Of a stretch of 64,000 nt of DNA, positions 55,005-64,000 are shown in pieces. The translations under genes were made by a program, and so were the position numbers. The DNA is from Octopus vulgaris. Lineage: Eukaryota. The notes below the pieces were generated by a model. The model searched no databases. It had not been told where the DNA came from and was given only the letters and a program-made list of their open reading frames with translations. The stretch spans positions 31,620,001 through 31,684,000 of the forward strand of contig OX597838.1 of assembly GCA_951406725.2 (NCBI GenBank), read 5' to 3'. Position 1 is the stretch's first letter. Each line of letters begins with the position of its first letter.

Positions 55005-55352
55005 CTGTCTTTCACATGTTTCAGTCATTAGACTGGGGCCATACTGGGGCACTGCCTCGAAGAATTGACCCCAGCACTTATTCTTTTTAAGCCTGGTACT
55101 TGTTCTATTGGTTTCTTTTGCCTGAGCTGCTAAGTTACAGGGAGACAGACATGCCATCATCAGTTATCAAATGGTGGAGTGGACAGACACAAAGGAACAC
55201 ACACACAGGCTTCCTTCAGTTTCCATGTACCAAATCCATTCACAAGGCTTTGGTCAGTCAGAGGCTATAGTAGAAGACACTTGTGCAAGTTGCCATGCAG
55301 TTGGGCTGAACTCAGAACCATGTGCTTGGAAAGCAAGCTTCTTACCACATGG
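55005..55352 (-). mobile_element. SINE family A (diverged)
   Basis: Reverse-complement match. Confidence 0.8.
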
Positions 55353-56323
55353 CTGATAAAATTTTTCTTGAGCCCTGGAACTCAGGAGGCTGGTTACCCA
55401 GTTTCCATGCCATATAAGTGACTGGAACCACAGCATTTCCTTTGCATGGGACACTGGTTCATTGTAGAGTTCAAGGTCAGCAATTTTTGAGGTGAGTGGG
55501 GAGTGGACTACATTGAACCCAGTTCTTGGCTGATATTTTCTTTTATTGACCTCCTCAGCACACCCTTTAATCTTCCCCTCTCCCTCTATGGCCTAGCCCT
55601 CACAACCCAAACTTCTTTCTTTCTTTCAGTGACTTTCTTAGGATTTTTCACAACCCTAATTTATTTGTCCCTTCTCTCTCACCCCTTCTGTCCATACTTG
55701 CCCTTATAATTTAAGATATCCCTAGACCCCGCTACATAACCTACTTTGTTACCTTTCTGCTCTGTCCCTACCTCTTTCTCAACAACCTGTGACACTAATC
55801 CTTTCTTTCCCTCCCCCAGCTAATGTCTATTCTGCTACTCTCTCTCTCTTCTACCACTCGGTCACAGCTATGATCTCTTCCTCTCGTTCTACTTTATTCA
55901 ACATCCTCTGTCTTCCCTTACCTATCACCTTACTTATAATCATTGCACCTTCTCCCAGCTATTCTCCCTCATTTATAGGGGAAACACTTTAGGCCTTTTG
56001 CCTTGCATGCTCCAAGGCAATCTTCATTAGTGTTGCTTCCACATAAAAAGCACTCGGTACATTCTGTAAAGTGGTTGGTGTTAGGAAGGGCATCCAGCCG
56101 TAGAAACCACGTCGTAGCAGAAATTGGAGCATGACACACCCTCCAGCTCATGCCAGCTTGGAAGGTGGATGTTAAATGATGATAATGTGGATGTATATAA
56201 ATATATATAAAACAAGAATGGAGAGTATCACCACTTTATTTGATAATTACACTATACAGGACCAATGATTGTTTCTGTTGTGCCAACACATTTTGATACA
56301 GAAAAAAGGTACGAAATACCAAT

Positions 56324-56491
56324 CATTATCATCATCGTTCGACCGTGGTCGAGACAATGGAATTTACCATGCTACGCCAGACTTCACGGTCCATCATGGC
56401 ATTACGGAGGTCCTGTTGCTGGATGCCTGTATCCCTGGAGATTACATCAGGGTAGGAGAGTGTGCGCCCTCTGGTATTGCGAGTAGATGGC
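56324..56491 (-). mobile_element. 5'-truncated RTE-type LINE 3' end
   Basis: PSTRNTRGRTLSYPDVISRDTGIQQQDLRNAMMDREVWRSMVNSIVSTTVER*; (GAT)n tail; TSD TACCAAT. Confidence 0.85.
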
Positions 56492-57604
56492 TACCAATGG
56501 ATCCAACATATCTGAAATCTGTGTGAACACATTGTTATCAAGGTAACCCATAACAGCTTGAATTTAAAGTGAACTGATGCAATAACGTAATACATGAATG
56601 CAGACGAAAAGAGTGTTGGGATCGATCAGGTATCGGACAAGGATTCTGGATTATTTTTCTGTTTTTTTACATAACTTTTGAGAGTGGTCGGGTTCATTTT
56701 TAGTATTCTCGTTTGTGAGAACAGTCAAGTTTATTTCAGATGTTCTCATTTCAAAAATCATCTCCAGCAAATGTTGAGAGGACATTGGCAGAGGTTTGCA
56801 CTCTCTGAGCACTCTTGTTATTATCATTTAAGGTGGCGAGCTGGCAGAATAGTTAGCACACCTGGCAAAATGTTAGGCAGTATGTCATCCGTCTCCACGT
56901 TCTGAGTTCAAATTCTGTTGAGGTTGGCTTTGCCTTTCATCCTTTCAGGGTCAATAAAATAAGTACCCATTAAGTTCTGGGGCCAATATAATTGACTTGC
57001 CCCCTCTCTCAAACTTGCCGGCCTTGTGCCAAAATATTATTTAAAGCAATTTGATTTGGCTCTGTGCGACTTAGTTTCATAGGCTTCTAACAGAAGCCTT
57101 CTTCATTCAGGCTTAGATTATCAAATGGAGAAATACAGGAATCTCAACATGAATGAGCTTGGTTTCTTTCAGAAGCCTGCAAGAGTCACATGGAGCCAAA
57201 TCAGACTGCTTTGAATAATAATATATGTAATTCCTACTAAATGTGCTAAGAGCCTTTTCTTTTGCTTGTCCACTCATTCACTCCATGCCAGCATGGAAAA
57301 TGGACATTAAATGACCATGATGATGATGATATATATCAAAGCTTATTTGATGATAAAAATTGCACTTGTTTAATTGAACTTAAACATGTAACAGAGAGAC
57401 CTTTCCTCTTTGAAGTAGAAAGCAAAGTTTTTAACAATAGGACGCACCTCAAAGTATGAAGACTACCTAAATGCCGGCCTTGTAATTGCACACATACAAT
57501 ATTCAGTGGGAGGATAAATCATGCCAACATGAAAAGACTAAAGACTGTGTTGACTTCTAAAACACTTGAAGACTCCTGATTCTGATGCACACACACACAC
57601 ACAC

Positions 57605-57631
57605 ACGTCATTTTGACTCAGTGCTACGTCA
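57605..57631. promoter_or_regulatory. Half-CRE / AP-1 / half-CRE composite
   Basis: ACGTCA-TTT-TGACTCA-GTGCT-ACGTCA in otherwise CpG-poor DNA. Confidence 0.4.
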
Positions 57632-58184
57632 GTGTTATAAGTTTAATGGACTATCTGTATGAATATCTTATTGGTATTTATTCAGTAGAATCTGAAGGTT
57701 TGTGTAAATTTTAGTAGAAACTCTGATGTGGCAAACTAGATACGGTGGATCTTCTACTTAGTCTTGTCTCTCTCTTTTGTCTCCTTTCGCTACCCTCTTA
57801 TTTCACTTATGTAAATATATGCCACCTCATTAAACAAACATCTATAACAACATCAGCAACAACAATAAATAAAACGTACATCAATGAGTTTCTGTAATTT
57901 CTGTTTTTCTCTGTGGAATGTGCTGAGAATCATTTTCAATAATTGCTAGCTTAAATATATTAGATTTACTCAAGTTGCTAATTGTTTTGTTTTGAGAGAG
58001 AGAGAGAGAGAGAGATAGAGATCCCCCCCTGCTCCACCTGGTAGAATTTTATCTGTTCTAATTAAAACAAGCATCTGGTAATAATTCTGCAAGTTGCATA
58101 CTCTCTGCATTATTAAACGAAAACTCTTCCTTCCAACTGCTTCTCTCCCTCCCTCCCTCCCCTCTTCCCATTCCTCGCTCTCAG

Positions 58185-58196
58185 AATAGCGTCACA
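58185..58196 (+). other. Candidate 12-nt microexon (AATAGCGTCACA)
   Basis: ~90-nt AG-free pyrimidine-rich tract, CTCTCAG acceptor, GTAAGT donor, frame-preserving length. Confidence 0.45.
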
Positions 58197-59621
58197 GTAA
58201 GTAGCTGAGCTGCTAAGTGTACATAGGTGCACAAGGTATAGATTACCTGATACAATAAAGAAACACATTGTAATTGGTGCATACAATACAATGACAAGAG
58301 GTGTAGGCCACTGATGCTGAATCAACACATCGACTCTCTGCACTGAACGTATCGTATCGGCATCTTATGACCTGCCACTGTGACATTGGCAGCTGTGCTG
58401 TTGGCGGTAGGTTGTGGCGGCTGCCAAAATCTGAGAACAAAGAAACTTAGAAATACCGTCTTTACTTGTTGTGCTCCAAATCTTTGTAGACATTTTGTGT
58501 GTCATTTGATACTTCCAATACTTAGCTACTCTCTCAGCTTGCACTCAACCAGCCTTAATTTCAGATTCAGAATCTGGTGTTTCTCTTTTTTTTTTTTGTT
58601 CTTGTAAAAGGATTATATAAAAACAATAGTTTTGAAGAACAGAGATGTGTTATGATGAAGCATGAGGATCTCTTTTTCAAGGGGAAAGGCTTAAACTTGA
58701 CCAGAACCTGTATATTACCGATACATATTAATACTGCTGAGATTTTAACTCTAGAATTTTATGAATCAAACTGAAAGCTATAAAGGATTCCATCCAGTTA
58801 TTCCAGTGCACTCTCTCTACTCCACTGTACTCTCTCTGTTACGATGTACTCTGTTTAATTATAGGTGTTTCTATTTAATTATAGGTGGTGAGCTAGGAGA
58901 ATTGTTAGCATGCCAGGCAAAATACTTAACATTTTTGTCCATCTTTATGTTCTGAGTTCAAATTCCACTGAAGTTGACCTTGCCTTTCATCCTACTGGGG
59001 TCGATAAAATAAGTACCAGTTGAACACTGAGGTTGATGTAATCAACTTTGCCCCTCCTCAGAAATAGCTGGCCTTGTGCCAAAATTTGAAACCGATAATA
59101 GTTAGTGGCTGTGTATTTTAAATAGCGTTTTGAAATGTAGATCTTGTGAACAATAATTAGTTTTCAGGTTGTTGATAATAGTTTGAAGGAAACCTCACCC
59201 TCAATTGTGTCACCTAGATATCCCTAACTGCAACCCAGACAAAGAGGATACAAACAGGCTCTCTTCCCATTCCTCTTCAGAATAACTAACAAGAAGAAAA
59301 ACAAAAAACCTAATTTCTAAAATGTTTTGTGTGATTAAAGAGTGACAGTTTACATTTGCTTAAAAGAGAAGACCAAAAAAAATTGATATTTTCTCATAAG
59401 AGATAAAACAGGCTTTCATTGTTGGATTGTTTTATTTATGGTTGTTGTTGTTTAGCCCCAGGTCGGCCCAGATTGAACAGATATGATCAGTAGCATTAAT
59501 AACCATTTTTAGAAGTACCTCTTGGATTACGTTGTTCTATGTTTCTTTTTCCAAGACAGTAGGGTGTGATTCAAGGAAGATTATACTGCTGTTTCTAGCA
59601 GGTCAAGTAATTTTGTTTAGT

Positions 59622-60025
59622 TCTTTTACTCTTTTACTTGTTTCACTCATTTGACTGCGGTCATGCTGGAGCACTGCCTTTCGTTGAGTAAATCAACCCC
59701 AGGACTTATTCTTTGTAAGCCTAGTACTTATTCTATCGGTCTCTTTTGCCGAACCGCTAAGTTATGGGGATGTAAACACACCAGCATCGGTTGTCAAGCG
59801 ATGTTGGGGGGACAAACACAAACACATAAATACACACATATATACATATATATAGATATATACAACAGGCTTCTTTCAATTTCCGTCTGCCAAATCCACT
59901 CACAAGGCTTTGGTTGGCCTGAGGCTATAGTAGAAGACACTTGCCTAAGGTGCCAAGCAGTGGGAATGAATCCAGAACCATGTGGCTGGTAAGCAAGCTA
60001 CTTACCACACAGCCACTCCTGCGCC
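59622..60025 (-). mobile_element. SINE family A
   Basis: Reverse-complement full match. Confidence 0.88.
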
Positions 60026-60884
60026 TTGTTTATGAATTTTTCTACAAAGATTAAAATGTATGGAGATATGAAAGGAAATGGTGATGAAAATTAATTGTTC
60101 ACTTTGGTGATACCTTAATTCCTGACTAATTGAGTGTATCAGTCATTTGTTGGAGACTTAGAGCAGACATGCAAGATTAGTGATATTGTTTTGCTTTTTT
60201 CTCGTTTACCTGATTTTCAGAAAACTACATTAATCAGGCTATGATACTCTTTTAATTAATGCACTTTTGATTGCCGTTGTTTATTCTTAATTTTCTCATT
60301 AAACGATAGTTTTAACTGCAATTACTTATAATATATAATTATAAACATTGTGATGCTGTTGTTGTTGTTGGTATTTAGCCCTTAGTCAGCTGTGATTGAC
60401 CAAACCTATGATCAAAGGTGTTTCAGGTATGACCATCCTGTCTTTTTGTCTATTCAAAAGTACAATATGTTCTTCCTTTTCCTTGCATGGTGTAATTGCA
60501 GTGATATTTGGCTACTATTTCCAGCAGATAAAGAGACCATGCAAAAAGTTCCCTCATTAGGTTGTAGTTTAAGCAGATTTTGAAAAACTGTATAGAAACT
60601 TTTTTTTTAAATAGTTTGATCTGACGGAAGGGGCTCTGCCTATGGCTGCTGTAGGTCGGTGCAATTAGTGTCATTGATGTTCCTTGTGAATAAATGATTT
60701 CAGGAAAAATACAAGTGGAAAGGGAATCCCTGAGAGATGACATTCTGAAGAAGGAACAGCAGCTAGTACAGATCAGAGGGTTGAGGGTATCCACAATATT
60801 GGTCACAAGAGGAAGAGAAGCAAGAGCTGAGTGGCTTTTTTAGCAACTGAAATAAGAAGTAGACTGATAAAGAGGTTCAGAAGA

Positions 60885-61132
60885 GTAAAGTCCTCAAGCA
60901 TGTTTTCTAGTGCTTCTTATCAGAAGCAGCCATCAGCAATTATTCCAGCTGGATCCTAAAGAAAGACCAACCAAGGCCATGGGCTATTATCTAACCATCT
61001 CACCCATGATCTCTCATTACTGTCTCCTGCTAGTTAGCCTTTGCCATGAAATCTGTCTTGCATTTCTTTCCTCAAACATCCTAACCACATGCCCATAATA
61101 CCAGAGCCTTGACTTCTCAATGTGGAAAAGTC
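60885..61132 (-). mobile_element. Decayed RTE LINE 3' fragment
   Basis: Minus strand reads FHIEKSRLWYYGHVVRMFEERNARQI. Confidence 0.75.
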
Positions 61133-61629
61133 CTTCATCTACGAGCTATACACTATATAGGGTAACATTAACTCCACAACCCATTCAAGGAGCCCCATTT
61201 TGGCCTCCTGTAGTATTTGGGTCACTAACTTTGGCCTCTTGTATTTTGGTCACTACCTATGCTTCATGACCAGGTAAATTAGAACAAGCTATATAAAATT
61301 GAACAATACAGATGAGATATAATTTAGGATAGACATATATTGAAAAATTGGATGTTAAACTGATGATGATGATGATCATCATCATCATTAATGTGTCTTC
61401 CTATTGTCTTGACTTTGCATGCTGTGTAAGTAATGTCACCATTGTGTAAACAGTTTTAATGTTTATATGTGCCACATAGATTTGTCCAGCTGCAGAGTTG
61501 TTCATCATTAGAAAGACCTAGGAAAATAGTACTTTACCCGGAAACATGTTGTGGTTGGCAATAGAAAGATTTTCTGAAGTCCTATTCTAGCATGGAAAAG
61601 TGAGTGTTAAAATGATGATGATGATGATG

Positions 61630-61737
<108 letters not shown>

Positions 61738-61877
61738 AGAATAGTTCCCAATGATATATGAACTTAAAAAAACTGTACTTAACCAATAAATACAATTTTT
61801 ACCAAAGGAGATCCTGGTGCTCTTCTCTGAGTGTGTGTGTGTGTGTTTTAAATCTAGAAATATGCATACATTTTTAT

Positions 61878-62010
61878 GCCATGCTTTCTAACCACATGGT
61901 TCCAGGTTCAGTCCCACTGTGTGGCACCATGGGCAAGTGTCTTCTACTATAGCCTCTGGCCAACCAAAGCCTTGTGAGTGGATTTAGTACTTGGAAACTG
62001 AAAGAAGCCC

Positions 62011-62047
<37 letters not shown>

Positions 62048-62259
62048 TCCCCCTCCACCACTTGACAACTGGTGTTGGTGTGTTTACATCCCCATAACTT
62101 AGTGGTTTGGCAAAAGAGACCAGTAGAATAAGTACCAGGGTTAAAAAAAACAAACAAACAAACAAGTAGTAGGGTTGATCATCTATTTGACTAAAATTCT
62201 TCAAGGTGGTGCCCCAGCATGGCCACAGTCTCACAGCCGAAACAAGTAAAGGATAAAAG
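61878..62259 (+). mobile_element. SINE family A (older, 5'-eroded)
   Basis: Match from the B box onward. Confidence 0.8.
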
Positions 62260-64000
62260 ATATAAATTGCATACGCATGCGTGCGTGCGTGTGTGTGTGT
62301 GTGTGTGTATGCACTTGTGTATGCATGCAGAAATGTTAGTATCCTCCAGTGTTTTGAGATACACTTGTATATGAATTTGTGTGCTAACATGTGTTTGTGT
62401 GTGTGTGTCTGTCAATGTATGTGTGTGTGTGTATGTGTGTGTGTGTTCATCTAGTCACTCCATTGTAATAAATGTAATGCTCTAGAATACTGTAGTTAAG
62501 CTTAAAATAGATTTCCAGGGCAGCAGTTGATAGGTAAGAGAAAGAGGGCAGCAAGGAAGATATGGTCTCTATTATTCACTTCCCCACCACCACACACACA
62601 CTTTTCATCATTCTCCACCCTTGTCCACTCACCTCGAACTGCTACACACACACACACACTCTCTCTCTCTCTTTCGCTTTCTCTTTCTCTCTCCATCTAT
62701 CTTGAAGTAAATCCACTTTTGTCAGCATTATTGGATAGATGCTGTGTATATGTGTTGTATAGTTGCTTTCCTTGTACAGTTTATAGGTGCTATGTGTGTG
62801 CATGTATGTATGTTTGTGCATGTATGCGTGTGTGTAGGTGTTGTGTGTGTGGTGTACACATGTGGTGTTGATTGTTATGATGTAAGCATCACCTGGTTTT
62901 AACACCACCTCTTGGCCTTTGGGTGCTTTTAGCAGAGGCCTTTGTGGTCTTTTTCTTTTTATTTTTTTGCAAGTATTTGGGCCAAGTCTCTGGTCGAAGG
63001 ATGACTTCTTCCCACCAGTTTCAGAGACCATGGAAAGTGTCATGGACACCACCTTTTTACCCTTCTGACTAAGCTACTAACAAAATAAAAGTGCAAGTTG
63101 TTCCTAACTTACATCTTTTCCCTCCTCTCTTCCTTATTGCTCTTCTTGTTACTGTTGTTGTAACTCTTTTTGTTGTGTTATCCCTCTTGCCAGCCATTTC
63201 CACCCCATCCTGCAAGTATCTATATTTACACTGCTTTACATATATTAAAATACGTTTAGCATTGCTGCTTAGGAGTTCTGAGGGAAAAATGCAAATTTAG
63301 CAAAGAAGAATGCTTGCAAAATTGAAATACCAAACATTTTCAAACATAATTACTCCCATTATTAATTCTCTTTGACTCTTCATGGCAACTCACTGAACTC
63401 TTCTATCAATTCTCTCTATACTATCTTTGAAGGATTTAGAAATTATAATTTCTATATGGAGTCATTATTAAAGGTCAATTATATTTGATAACTGGATAAT
63501 GTCTGGACTAAACAATTGATGGTAGGTATGACGATACTCATCAATGCACACCAGCCTCTGGCCTCTGTGTGCTGTCTTTTCTGTATACTTCTTCTGCAAG
63601 TGGTACAGCATGGGTTTTGTCTACCCTTTATGGTAGCCAATTTAGTCACCCCTCTTTCTTAAGTGAAAACATACTTTTGACTACAGTGAATGCATGTATA
63701 TAAAGCGAGCAGTCTGCACTTTTTGTGCAGTCTGCACATCCCACTCTAGGTCACTGTCTTCTACCTCTGCAACAGTAGTCATTGCTTTTTCCTAATTCAC
63801 TTACCTCTTCACCACATCAACACCCATGTTGTTACCCCTTGCAGGACATGCACTAATCATTATGCATTTGATATGTTACCTCTGAACATCAACCATCTAC
63901 AGTTCCCTCCCTGGCCATGAGGGAACATTAAACTCGGAAGGCATTCCCTTTCCACTTGTGTTTTTCCTGAAATCATTTATTCACAAGGAACATCAACTAC

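Noticed and set aside
58365-58425. SECIS-like ATGA stem and let-7-like GGTAGGTTGT
   Set aside because: No 3' GA quartet or apical AA for a SECIS; the let-7 seed GAGGTAG is absent
62887-63075. Minus-strand Lys/Arg-rich open frame (KKIKRKRPQRPLLK) with an upstream acceptor
   Set aside because: Donor is weak, and another frame reads QRPRGGVKTR*, resembling a decayed RTE C-terminus

Overview
AT-rich, microsatellite-dense eukaryotic DNA. The SINE/LINE families look like those of Octopus/coleoid cephalopods; this is recognition from memory, not a database search. I can support no complete host protein-coding gene. Almost all ORFs in the track come from microsatellites or SINEs. The window is mostly mobile-element sequence: tRNA-derived SINEs, RTE and CR1 LINE 3' ends, four non-autonomous Helitrons, TTAA/hAT/mariner MITEs, a fold-back element, and about 20 decayed copies of an old (CAA)n-tailed repeat. 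The best-supported unusual object is a Penelope-like retroelement end (47.4-48.3 kb, minus strand). It keeps an open GIY-YIG C-terminus, a CCAAT/TATA promoter and a minimal hammerhead ribozyme fold with one core substitution. At large scale, a CpG-rich domain (~13.6-36 kb) lies between CpG-depleted flanks. CRE/AP-1 clusters, several candidate short first exons and a candidate 12-nt microexon suggest the 5' intronic region of a large, multi-promoter + strand gene; this is inference. Repeat boundaries are approximate unless a TSD is given.
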